A stretch of DNA of 64,000 nt. It comes from an uncultured Nitrospirota bacterium (GTDB taxonomy: Bacteria; Nitrospinota; Nitrospinia; CAJXCL01). The stretch covers positions 5,499 to 69,498 of the forward strand of contig CAJXCL010000005.1 of NCBI GenBank assembly GCA_913051775.1, in the 5' to 3' direction. The translations under genes and the position numbers were made by a program. The notes under the pieces were generated by a model, which saw nothing but the letters and a program-made list of their open reading frames with translations, was not told the origin of the DNA and did not search any database. Shown here in pieces: positions 18,367-27,675 of the stretch. The stretch's first letter is position 1. The number at the start of each line of letters is the position of its first letter.

Positions 18367-19491
18367 GTGGAATTTAAAATTGCACGTGAAGAATTTTTAA
18401 AAGGGCTTCAGAAAGTACAGGGCATTGTAGACACTAAAGGCGTAATGCCTATCCTGTCTAATATCTTAATTAAAACCCAACCAAGCGGCATTGATATCTT
18501 TGCTACAGATCTTGATATTGGCATTAGGGGGTCTTACGGGGCAAAGATAATCTCAAAGGGCAGCGCTACTGTTAATGGCCGGAAACTTCATGAAATTGTC
18601 AGGGAACTTCCTGATGAAGAAATTCACTTAAAGAGCGATAAAGAAAATAACTGGATAAACATAACATGTAAAAAATCGACTTTTAAAATTGCCTGCCTTC
18701 CGGCTGAGGAATACCCTGCATTTCCCGCTTACAAAGAGGAAAAAGACCTGTGTATTGAGATTAACCTTTTGAAAGAAATGCTCAGAAAAACTAATTTTTC
18801 CATTTCAACGGACGAAACCCGCTATACATTAAACGGTGTTTTGCTTGAGTCTGAAGGGAAAGACATTTCCATGGTAGGAACCGATGGACATCGCTTGGCT
18901 TGTATTAAAAAATCAAATGGGTTTGATAAAAAGGATAAGGTAGAAATAATTATTCCAAAAAAAGCGCAGGCGGAATTGTTAAAAATATTAGAGGCCGGCG
19001 ATTCTGATCAAGGTAACGGAAAAAAGACCATCAACATTTCTGTTGAAAAAAACCATGCGGCATTTAAAGTGGATAAAATGATTTTAGTAACCCGGCTGAT
19101 CGATGGTCGTTTCCCTAATTACCGCCAGGTAATTCCGGAGGATAATAACAACAATGTTGTTATTGATTCTGAACTTTTTCTTCATGCCCTGAGGCGAGTC
19201 GCGATTTTGGCGGATGAGAAATCCAGGATGGTAAAGTTTGGGGTGCAAAAAAACCTAATGACACTTGTTTCGGATAATTCAGAACTCGGAGAAGCCAGAG
19301 AAGAGATTGATGTTGAGTATAAAGGAAATGACATAACTATCGGCCTTAATGCCAAGTATGTCATGGATATTTTAAATGTCATTAACGTAGAAAAGATCGT
19401 CTTTAAATTAAAAGACGCTGATAGTTCATGCCTGATAACTCCCACCGATAATGAAAATTACAGATGTATCGTAATGCCAATGAGAATATGA
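18367..19491 (+). CDS. dnaN: DNA polymerase III beta sliding clamp
   Basis: Three-domain beta clamp, 374 aa, GTG start. No dnaA upstream. Confidence 0.9.
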   Translation: MEFKIAREEFLKGLQKVQGIVDTKGVMPILSNILIKTQPSGIDIFATDLDIGIRGSYGAKIISKGSATVNGRKLHEIVRELPDEEIHLKSDKENNWINITCKKSTFKIACLPAEEYPAFPAYKEEKDLCIEINLLKEMLRKTNFSISTDETRYTLNGVLLESEGKDISMVGTDGHRLACIKKSNGFDKKDKVEIIIPKKAQAELLKILEAGDSDQGNGKKTINISVEKNHAAFKVDKMILVTRLIDGRFPNYRQVIPEDNNNNVVIDSELFLHALRRVAILADEKSRMVKFGVQKNLMTLVSDNSELGEAREEIDVEYKGNDITIGLNAKYVMDILNVINVEKIVFKLKDADSSCLITPTDNENYRCIVMPMRI

Positions 19492-19539
19492 CATATTTGC
19501 GGCGTTTCCGAAAAAAGCGTCTCCACAAAAAAAGATAAC

Positions 19540-20393
19540 CGTTATTCTTCTTTATTTTCTCATCCTTCAAGCTTCTGTTTTCCTGTCTCAAACACAAATC
19601 GACAAAACAAGAACCCGTTACAGCAAAATTGAAGATATGAAGTATCTTCCATCCGGACAATTTTTAAAGGGAGCTGCTTTAGCATACGATGAACTTTTGC
19701 CGATTATTTATGGATCAAAGCAATAGTTTATTTTGGTGAGCATTTCAAGACCGATAAATCTTGCCGATGGTTTTATCATCTTCTGGATGTTGTTTCAACG
19801 CTGGATCCTTACTTTGAATCTGCTTATGAAATTGGAGGCGTGACCCTTGCCTATTGAGAAAAAGATGAAAACCTGAGCATTAAACTTCTTAAAAAAGGAA
19901 TGACCAATGTTCCTAAAACTCATGAACGTGATTGGAGAATTCTTTTTTTCTTGGCTATAATTACATGGATAATAAAAAAGATTTTGCCACTGCCACGTAT
20001 TACCTGGAAGAAGCCATCAAATAACCGGGATACCCGCGATATCTTCCGTTTCTGGTTGCTCGCCTTCATTCCAATACCAAAGATCCTGAAATTGCCATTA
20101 AATTCTTAAAGGAGATTTATCGTTCAACAAAAAATGAAGAAGCAAAGAAATATATAATAAAAAGAATCAATGAAATAGTAGTGGAGAGAGATATTCTCAT
20201 TCTCGAAGATATGCGGAATCAATATCACAAAAAAATCGGTTCATACCCATCGAATATTGGAGAGTTAATTTCAGCGGGATTCTTAAAAGAAATACCCCGA
20301 GAACCATTCGGAAAAAAATATTTTATCAAAGAAGATCATTCCATTCACAGTTCTGTTGTTAAAAAAAGAATGGAATTATTTATTGATTAAAAT
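19540..20393 (+). pseudogene. Degraded gene of unknown function (possibly TPR-like), with multiple frameshifts
   Basis: Protein-like reading segments switch between all three + frames: TRTRYSKIEDMKYLPSGQFLKGAALAYDELLPIIYGSKQ*, LDPYFESAYEIGGVTLAY*, GYNYMDNKKDFATATYYLEEAIK*, EIAIKFLKEIYRSTKNEEAKKYIIKRINEIVVERDILILEDMRNQ.... Confidence 0.4.
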
Positions 20394-20442
20394 CATAAAA
20401 GGGCAAGGAATATCTATCACTGCCAATAAACGGTGAACTTTT

Positions 20443-21126
20443 TAATCGCCTGTCGGAACAATGCTAAATTCGCGCACACAATCCATTTTATTCAAAGTTT
20501 CGGCCAGTTTCTGAAACTTATCTGTTTTTTTCGACCAGATAGTCATCTGGTATTGAAAGGATTTCCCTTTCCCCTCAAGATGATAGCTAAAATTGCTACA
20601 GGTAACATTGTGATTATTTATTACTTCATATAATTCTTATGCTGATATGGATTCATTACGCAAAAAGCGTATTGAGAGCCTTCCAAAGTAAAGAGATGGA
20701 ATCAAATCCTCAATCCATCGAAACAAAGACAGTATTCCTAATGTCATCAAAAAAGCTACTGCGGCCGGGAAGTAAAAACCTATTCCAATAATGATACCGA
20801 TTGAAGCTGTCATCCAAGTAGAAGCGGCAGTCGTCAAACCGCGTATAGCTAAATTTTCTTTTATTATCGCGCCGGCGCCAAGAAAACCAATACCTGCCAT
20901 AATGCCCTGCGCCATACGCGTCAGATCAATCCTTATTGTCTCCATGTGCTCATCAGTCACAAACTCCCATTGATTCACAGAAAATAACATCAAAAGGGTA
21001 GAAGAGACAAGTGTGTGTTCGAAAGCCGGCCGGACGCCCATGGTAGGAACGCTCAAGGCCAATAAGCCACCCGGCAAATAGAGCAAAAATCAGTCGAAGA
21101 ATCGTTTCTAAATATTCGGTTCCCAT
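20443..21126 (-). pseudogene. mgtC: MgtC/SapB-family membrane protein gene with at least 2 frameshifts
   Basis: The true N-terminus MGTEYLETILRLIFALFAGWLIGLERSYHGRPAGFRTH is in one frame. A 1-nt shift in an ACACACAC run leads to LVSSTLLM...GIGFLGAG (ORF 20637..21086). The C-terminal ACT-like part YHLEGKGKSFQYQMTIWSK...VREFSIVPTGD lies in a third frame. Confidence 0.6.
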
Positions 21127-21216
21127 GAAGATACAAGTTCCCTAAATTACCTATTGATGCTGAGGCACATTAATTACACCGGAAATGTAGATATCTACTA
21201 GTTATATCAGGATGGG

Positions 21217-22161
21217 CTAACGATTTCGAGGCTTTACACTATGAGTTGTGGATTCGTCAGCATTTCTGGCACATCGAAAACCAATGTTTGGAAGTTTCGT
21301 GTCTGGAGATAAAGGATGGCGAAATGTGGTTCGTGCATTTTCAAGGATATTTTTCCATGAGCCCCCGCGAAGAACTCTATATTGTTTTTGAAACCGAACA
21401 TCAAGGTCCAAATTGTTTTTATAAGGCAAATACAGGCTGTCGGTCCATTCCCAAACATTTCCCGCCATGTCAAAAACTCCAAAAACACTTGCCCCCTGTG
21501 GAAAACTTCCTACCGGAACAAGACCGGCAGGGTTCTCCGCATTTGATTGAGATTCTTCATTTTCAAGGATACTTGCCGCGTTTTTTCTTGAAGAATCGCC
21601 CCATGGCCATTTTACTGGCTGTGTACCCCGGGCGGCTTTTTCCCATTCAGTCTCTGTTGGAAGTCGTTTCCCTGCCCATTTACAGTATTTTTTTGCTTCT
21701 TGCCATGTAATGCCAGTAACAGGACAAAGATCGCACTCTGAGGCAGGATAGCTTTCATACTGATTGTCAAATAGTTTGTACTGAGCATTTGTTATTTCGT
21801 ATATATCAATAAAAAACGCCGGTACAAATACCCTTGCGGCAGGTCTTTCATTTTTTTCCCCGAGGTTATCACCCATAGTAAAATTACCGCCTTGCAAGTA
21901 AGCCATATCAGAACCATCTTTTTTATTAAAATAAGTTGGCAATATAGCTGGTAATCCGGGAATAATTTTTTTAACTTTTTTCTTTCTTGGTTCAGGTTCC
22001 TTGATGATTTCTTCTTTTGATGGTTTCTTTATTATTACTTTAGGGGGTTTTTTGCGCTTTTTTGTCGGAACTATTTTGGCGCAGGAGATTGGAAAAACTA
22101 ATATCATTATTAAAGCAAAATATTTAATATATTTTTTATTCATGAAGACTTCTCTAAACAA
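21217..22161 (-). CDS. Formylglycine-generating enzyme (FGE/SUMF1) family lipoprotein
   Basis: GNVWEWT, RGGSW, GFRCAR motifs. N-terminal lipoprotein signal (LVFPISCAK). Confidence 0.8.
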   Translation of the reverse strand: MFREVFMNKKYIKYFALIMILVFPISCAKIVPTKKRKKPPKVIIKKPSKEEIIKEPEPRKKKVKKIIPGLPAILPTYFNKKDGSDMAYLQGGNFTMGDNLGEKNERPAARVFVPAFFIDIYEITNAQYKLFDNQYESYPASECDLCPVTGITWQEAKKYCKWAGKRLPTETEWEKAARGTQPVKWPWGDSSRKNAASILENEESQSNAENPAGLVPVGSFPQGASVFGVFDMAGNVWEWTDSLYLPYKNNLDLDVRFQKQYRVLRGGSWKNILENARTTFRHPLSPDTKLPNIGFRCARNADESTTHSVKPRNR

Positions 22162-23008
22162 GAGTACAATCTATAATAGTTAATACCATCAAAAGAACAC
22201 TTATTTGTCCGTTAACGTTAAAAAATGCCACATTAATCTTTGATAAGTCATTGGGCCTTACAATTGAATGTTCATACAATAAAAGAGCAGAAACAATAAT
22301 TATACCCGATAAATACACCCAGCCAAGCTGTTTTGTAAGTAATAACAGCATCAGAAAAGTAACCATAATCAAATGAAATAAAGATGACAATTTTAATGCT
22401 TTTTCTACCCCAAATTTTTCAGGAATGGATAAAAGACCGGCTTGTTTATCAAACTCAATATCCTGGCACGCGTAAATAATATCAAAACCAGCCAACCAGA
22501 ATATTACTGCCGCACCTAATATTAGAGGCGTTATTGTTATGTCTTCCCTGACGGCAACCCACGCGCCAATAGGGGCAAGGCTTAATGCCAACCCCAAATA
22601 AAAATGGGAATACACAGTAAAACGCTTTGTCCATGAATAAAAGAACACAATGCTTAAAGCAACGGGTGATAGAAAAAAGGCAAGGCTGTTTAATTGATAA
22701 GCGGAAAAAACAAAAAGAGCTATAGAGCCTAATAAAAAAAACAGATAACTCTGACGGTTGATTTTTTTGGAAGGCAGAGCACGGTTTTTTGTTCTGGGAT
22801 TCAACGCGTCATATTTTGCGTCTACAATCCTGTTACAAGCCATGGCAGCGCTTCTTGCACCAACCATTGCCAGTAAAACCCAGATAATTTTATTCATTGA
22901 AGGGAGACCTTCTGAAGCAATGAACGCGCTCATTAAAGCAAATGGAAGCGCAAAAACAGTATGACTGAATTTTATATCTTCAAAGAGAATTTTAATTTTA
23001 GAAAACAT
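22154..23008 (-). CDS. UbiA-family aromatic prenyltransferase
   Basis: NRIVDAKYDALNPRTKNRALPS Asp-rich motif and 8-9 TM helices. Confidence 0.85.
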   Translation of the reverse strand: MFSKIKILFEDIKFSHTVFALPFALMSAFIASEGLPSMNKIIWVLLAMVGARSAAMACNRIVDAKYDALNPRTKNRALPSKKINRQSYLFFLLGSIALFVFSAYQLNSLAFFLSPVALSIVFFYSWTKRFTVYSHFYLGLALSLAPIGAWVAVREDITITPLILGAAVIFWLAGFDIIYACQDIEFDKQAGLLSIPEKFGVEKALKLSSLFHLIMVTFLMLLLLTKQLGWVYLSGIIIVSALLLYEHSIVRPNDLSKINVAFFNVNGQISVLLMVLTIIDCTLV

Positions 23009-23262
23009 GGGATGTGTTAAAAGTTCGTCTTAAAATATTTTAGCGGCTTTGGCTGCTCGACGAATTAATATATAACATAACGCAACGAAGCTGCAATAAA
23101 AGGATTTGCCTTTGAAATAAACTGAGGGGGAAGAGTGGCCAACGAAAACCCCGGGAGAGGTGAAACGCTAATAGCCAGGGGTATAAACCCCTGGGACAAA
23201 GGTTAAAAACAAATCATAGTCCTTAAAGGGCAAAGCAAATAGCTAACATCTAATCTAAAACC

Positions 23263-23295
23263 TATATTTTTCTTTTGCAGTCAAAAGGAGACCTG
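23263..23295 (+). terminator. Hairpin AAAGG-agacctga-CCTTT followed by T8
   Basis: Stem-loop plus T-run on the + strand in a 430-bp spacer with no annotated + gene upstream. A CCAGGGG-tataaa-CCCCTGG hairpin lies at 23192-23211. Confidence 0.3.
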
Positions 23296-23444
23296 ACCTT
23301 TTTTTTGGTGTCGTTTCTCGATTCCAAGTTGAAAATAATTTTTCGTGTCTTTCGTGATTTTCGTGGTTTGAAGGAACCACTGCGTTTGAAGCTCCCTTCA
23401 GCAAAGCTGAGCTTATCTCTGCAAGACCACAGGGAATGAGCTCA

Positions 23445-24260
23445 CTAAACACTCTGAAGATAATCTTTTATGGAAGTTTCGAGTACCTCAATGTTGATAT
23501 AGGTGTTTTTACACGGTCCTTCCGGGCGCTTATTGGGAATGGCAAGGACGGGAATTTTCGGAGCAACATCCTGTAAACCGATAACCAGGTCTCTTTCACA
23601 GGCTACGGCGATAATGGCCTGCGGCTTCATTTCTTTAATTTTCAGTCGAGCCGCGCTTCCCCCGGCTACGGTAAAAGAAATAAGTTTGTTTTTTTCCACT
23701 ATCTCTATAATGGTTTTTCTGTTCTCTTTCGAAAGACATCGGGGCAAAAGAACAAGGAGTCTGTTAGGATCAACCTTCCCATATTTGGGACGGCTCTTTG
23801 ATTTTGCATGAACAATAATATTGCTGACTTTGATTAAAGAATTCCCCATCCGATCACGGGAAACACCAAACCTTTTACCTAATCGAACGGCAACGGGAAC
23901 CAGGTAGGAAAAAAAGAAATTTTCTTTGATGCAGGAAAGCAGATAGCCTTTTTCCGTAAGAGCTGTAATCGCAACACTTCCCAACATTAGAAAGATCAGG
24001 ATTGCAAAAACAACAACCCCAATGCCGATTATTATTGTTAAAACCGGGGCGAACTGTTCCAAGCGGGGAATGATCATGTACCAGATAAATATAAGCCCTG
24101 TTACTATCAGGGCTGTACCAACGGAGGCGTATTTCAAAAAAGTAGATTTGCTTTCTTCTATCTCGCCTTTTTGCTCTTCAGTTTCTCCGCTCCAATCTGC
24201 CCACTCATCTCCCAATTTTCTGTCTTGTGCTGGTGCCACTTGATTTTTTACTTGGCTCAT
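23445..24260 (-). CDS. DUF116-family membrane protein
   Basis: LLVLLPRCL...FTVAGGSAARL...AIIAVACERDLVIGL...RPEGPCKNT conserved Cys pattern of DUF116, with N-terminal TM helices. Confidence 0.65.
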   Translation of the reverse strand: MSQVKNQVAPAQDRKLGDEWADWSGETEEQKGEIEESKSTFLKYASVGTALIVTGLIFIWYMIIPRLEQFAPVLTIIIGIGVVVFAILIFLMLGSVAITALTEKGYLLSCIKENFFFSYLVPVAVRLGKRFGVSRDRMGNSLIKVSNIIVHAKSKSRPKYGKVDPNRLLVLLPRCLSKENRKTIIEIVEKNKLISFTVAGGSAARLKIKEMKPQAIIAVACERDLVIGLQDVAPKIPVLAIPNKRPEGPCKNTYINIEVLETSIKDYLQSV

Positions 24261-24352
24261 AATTTAAAATAGGCGCTCAGGTGTCAGCTCTCAGCAGTCA
24301 TTTTTTAAATTTGCTAATCGCTGATAACTAACTGCTGAAAGCTTAAACATTA

Positions 24353-25450
24353 TTATACCCTGTAGAACAGTTCATTTTCCATGTTTTTATAATCGGGTAA
24401 ACCTGAAAACAACTCCCTCCACATATCCTGATCTTCCATACAGAAGTACAGGTTTAGGTTTTTATCATATTTTCTTAACCAGCCAATTATAAGCTCGTAC
24501 ATTTTTTTTCTCTGAGGACGAAAGTATCTTGCCTTGCCGTCTTCACAGGGAAGGAGCTCTCCAGTCATTAATTTGTTTGTTGGGAATCTTGTTTTTACGA
24601 TTGGTTTCATGGACGGGCGATAACGCAGTCCGCCAAGGCTGATCCACGGAATGTTTTCAGGAGAAATATGATGAAACAGCTTTTTGATTAATGCTTTGTA
24701 ATCCTTTTCCCATCCTTTATATAAAACTATCGGATCAAAATGAAAGGCTGTTTTAAATCCTTGTTGTTGGCATTGCGACGCAGCCTCTAATCTTTCTTTT
24801 AATGATGCTGAATAAAATTCTTCTTCATTTATGATGCTTTGCGGATTGAGCGACCAGGCAATAATTGTATTATTAATTCCGCGATATTTTAAAAGGTTCT
24901 CGATGCGATTGGTTTTAGTTTTTAACTCAAGAAAGAGATTTTTTTTTTCTTCAAAAAACGGGATAAGTATTTCTGAAAATCCTGTTATATGATCCAACGC
25001 AAGGCTGTCTGTTAATTCCCCTGTCCCTATTCTAATAAGAGCATTCTTGTTTTCCCGATAAATTTTTTCAACCTGCTTTAAAGCATCTTTTACATTGACA
25101 TATATTTTCAGAACCGGGTTGTTTTTAAGATATTCCTGAAGAATACAGTAAGTGCAATCCAGAGGGCAGTTCGTTGTCAGGTTTAAAACATAATAATTAC
25201 AGCAGATAAACCCTTTAGTCCCGGGACATTTTTTTAGAAAATCTCCTTTGAAACCAGATAAAACAAGGACTTTTTTCCCTTCTAGAAAAGGATCTACGTG
25301 TTTTTCAACAAGATCATTATAAATGGGGCTTGGAGCATTGAAGGTTTCAGCAGGGATACCTGGAAACCGGCCGAGTATAACTTTCGTCAGTCTTTTATTT
25401 CTTACTTCCTTGTCTATATAAATTTTTTTTATAATCAGATCTTGCATCAA
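24353..25450 (-). CDS. Spore-photoproduct-lyase-family radical SAM protein
   Basis: CPLDCTYCIL radical-SAM CxxxCxxC motif in an SplB-like scaffold. Confidence 0.7.
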   Translation of the reverse strand: MMQDLIIKKIYIDKEVRNKRLTKVILGRFPGIPAETFNAPSPIYNDLVEKHVDPFLEGKKVLVLSGFKGDFLKKCPGTKGFICCNYYVLNLTTNCPLDCTYCILQEYLKNNPVLKIYVNVKDALKQVEKIYRENKNALIRIGTGELTDSLALDHITGFSEILIPFFEEKKNLFLELKTKTNRIENLLKYRGINNTIIAWSLNPQSIINEEEFYSASLKERLEAASQCQQQGFKTAFHFDPIVLYKGWEKDYKALIKKLFHHISPENIPWISLGGLRYRPSMKPIVKTRFPTNKLMTGELLPCEDGKARYFRPQRKKMYELIIGWLRKYDKNLNLYFCMEDQDMWRELFSGLPDYKNMENELFYRV

Positions 25451-25537
25451 GGAGCTCTAAAGTCTTTAATTTTCGGTAGAATCATGCTATATTCAATAAT
25501 TTCAATATGTTATACGATTATTTGCTTGTTTGTTCAA

Positions 25538-25559
25538 TAAATGTTTCACGTGAAACATT
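25538..25559. terminator. Perfect 22-bp palindrome AAATGTTTCACGTGAAACATTT followed by T-run; bidirectional terminator or operator
   Basis: Perfect inverted repeat around a CACGTG core, immediately 3' of the uppP remnant. A second copy of the core palindrome is at 26519-26536. Confidence 0.45.
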
Positions 25560-26110
25560 TATTTTTTAACTCCACAAAATTAAGAGCAGCCCATCCGATG
25601 ATCCAGCAATAAGGCGCAAAAATGTGCAATTGTCCTTTTTTGACAATAAACAGAAGCAACTTCAAGGAGAAGTATCCTACTGCAAATGCTAAAACAGTGC
25701 CCATAATCGTTGCTGGAAAGAAAATCATCGGATCAGATAAATCTTTCAAAACAAGCATCTCGGCCCCAAAAATGGCCGAGATTGATAGCAGAAAAGAGTA
25801 GCGTGCTGCCATTTCACGGTTTAGTCCCAAAAATATTCCTCTACAGCAATGGTTGCGCCGGATTTTGATATTCCGGGCATAACAGCAAGTCCCTAACTAT
25901 TCCAATCAACAAAGCCTTTTTCATTGGGATATCAGTAGTTCCGTCTTTTTTGATCCGATGCGTGCTCACAGCAGCAGCCCGGTAATTAGCAGCATGGCAC
26001 CAATAATTGCAGATGAAAATATTTTGTCTGCTCCTTTACTCAACAGAAGCCCGATAATTGCGGTAGGAATCGACCCTATAACGATCATCTGAGCAATTTT
26101 TTTCGGCATT
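25546..26110 (-). pseudogene. uppP: Undecaprenyl-diphosphatase remnant: N-terminally truncated and with at least 3 frameshifts
   Basis: Reverse-strand segments IGSIPTAIIGLLL...AMLLITGLLL*, ALLIGIVQ, GLAVMPGISKSGATIA and GIFLGLNREMAARYSFLLSISAIFGAEML lie in different frames. The first ~80 aa are absent. Confidence 0.65.
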
Positions 26111-26236
26111 TACATAGATATTGGCAAAAGAGACCTCTTTTTTTGATAATGATTTGAAAAAGTGAAAAAGAGAGACGGTAATAGAGCGAATTTCCTTCTA
26201 AAAAAAATGACAACTGCCGCTAACGTTCCTATGTGA

Positions 26237-26352
26237 GCGCTGGAGTGGAAGCCCCTTTTGATTTCTGTCATCCCTGGACTCAACCCTTTGGGCAGCTCAT
26301 GCCTCGTTATCCAATTTGGTTTTCCTTACCAAATTGTGGTTGCGCAGCCTTT
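26237..26352 (+). repeat. Dispersed structured repeat family 1, copy B (left arm of an inverted pair)
   Basis: GCGCTGGAGTGGAAGCCCCTTTTGATTTCTGTCATCCCTGGACTCAACCCTTTGGGC...CCAATTTGGttttccttaCCAAATTG (internal hairpin)...GGTTGCGCAGCC. Confidence 0.7.
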
Positions 26353-26518
26353 CCGTTTTATGAGATTATAAGCTTTAGCAAATTTTTTATATTCAAACAT
26401 AGCAAACCTGATAAGTCAAATGAATTGCAAGTGCTTTGCTCTACCAAGGAACCCTTTTCAATCAAATAACATCCATAATATCATAGTATTAATTCAGGAT
26501 TAGTTGCTTTAATCATCG

Positions 26519-26536
26519 AATGTTTCACGTGAAACA
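26519..26536. promoter_or_regulatory. Second copy of the ATGTTTCACGTGAAACAT palindrome
   Basis: Identical 18-bp core to 25540-25557, with similar 5' flank (TTGCTT..), located between repeat copies B and C. Confidence 0.4.
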
Positions 26537-26649
26537 TCATTATAGAAATATCTATGCTTCTTTTATCTGCATTGTAAGAAATTAAGTTCTCAAAAAAATT
26601 GCAAAAAAATCTCTTGCAATAGCAAAATTTTTAGTATAATTTCATAGGA

Positions 26650-26775
26650 ACGACCGGCGGAGTTGGAACAACCATTCGGCGTGAAAAGCCGGATTGGAAG
26701 GATTCCGAAGGAAAGCCACCCAGAGTGTTGAGTCCAGGGATGACAGAAATCAAAGGGAGCTTCCGCTGCGGCTAG
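26650..26775 (-). repeat. Dispersed structured repeat family 1, copy C (right arm, inverted relative to B)
   Basis: The reverse complement reads GCCGCAGCGGAAGCTCCCTTTGATTTCTGTCATCCCTGGACTCAACACTCTGGGTGGCTTTCCTTCGGAATCC..CAATCCGGCttttcacGCCGAATGG.., collinear with copy B. Confidence 0.7.
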
Positions 26776-26859
26776 TAACAAAAAATCTTTCTGAAATGAG
26801 ACCCCCGTGAGGTATCCCACTGTGGAAAGAAGCTTTTGTAGTGTAAAAGTATAAAGATC

Positions 26860-27675
26860 ATGGGAAAGATAATTTGTATAGCTAACCAAAAAGGGGGCGT
26901 TGGGAAAACCACCACCGCCGTCAATCTTGCCGCTTCTCTTTCTATAGCAGATTTAAAGATATTGCTTGTTGATTCTGATCCACAGGGAAATGCCACCAGT
27001 GGAATGGGAATTTCAATCAATGGAAGCCCTACAATTTACAGCTCTTTAGTCGGCGATGAACCCCTTAGTAATATCATTATGGATACGGAACTGGACAATC
27101 TTTTTATCTGCCCGTCAAATATGGACTTAAGCGGGGCTGAAATTGAGCTGGTTGGAATGGAAAAAAGAGAATTCAGGCTAAAAAATTCCATTTCCTTTGT
27201 GAAGAATAATTATGATTTCATTATAATTGATTGTCCGCCTTCATTAGGTTTACTAACTTTAAATTCCCTGGTTGCGGCTGATTCTATAATCATTCCACTT
27301 CAAAGCGAATATTATGCGCTCGAAGGACTGGGGCACCTTTTAAAAACCGTTCAATTGGTGAAAAACAGTTTGAATCGTAATTTGTCTATAGAAGGGATTC
27401 TTTTGACTATGTTTGATTCCCGAACCGCTCTTTCATCAGATATATATGATGAAGCGAAAAAGCATTTTTGTAATATTTTGTTAAAGACTGTCATCCCTCG
27501 CAATGTCCGGCTCAGTGAAGCCCCAAGCTATGGTAAACCGATAATTTTTTATGACAATACCTCAAAAGGCGCTCATGCCTATTTAGATCTGGCAAAGGAA
27601 ATTATTTTCAATGCAAAGAAAAGCTTTAGGGAGAGGGCTGGAAGCGCTCATTCCCAAAACGAAAAATTTAACTGA
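26860..27675 (+). CDS. parA: Chromosome partitioning ATPase ParA/Soj
   Basis: KGGVGKTTTAVNLAASL deviant Walker A. Confidence 0.9.
   Translation: MGKIICIANQKGGVGKTTTAVNLAASLSIADLKILLVDSDPQGNATSGMGISINGSPTIYSSLVGDEPLSNIIMDTELDNLFICPSNMDLSGAEIELVGMEKREFRLKNSISFVKNNYDFIIIDCPPSLGLLTLNSLVAADSIIIPLQSEYYALEGLGHLLKTVQLVKNSLNRNLSIEGILLTMFDSRTALSSDIYDEAKKHFCNILLKTVIPRNVRLSEAPSYGKPIIFYDNTSKGAHAYLDLAKEIIFNAKKSFRERAGSAHSQNEKFN

Noticed and set aside
27611-27675. parA/parB 65-nt overlap as evidence of a frameshift
   Set aside because: Both reading frames give family-typical termini (parA ...AYLDLAKEI; parB MQRKALGRGLEALIP). A genuine overlap is the simpler reading.
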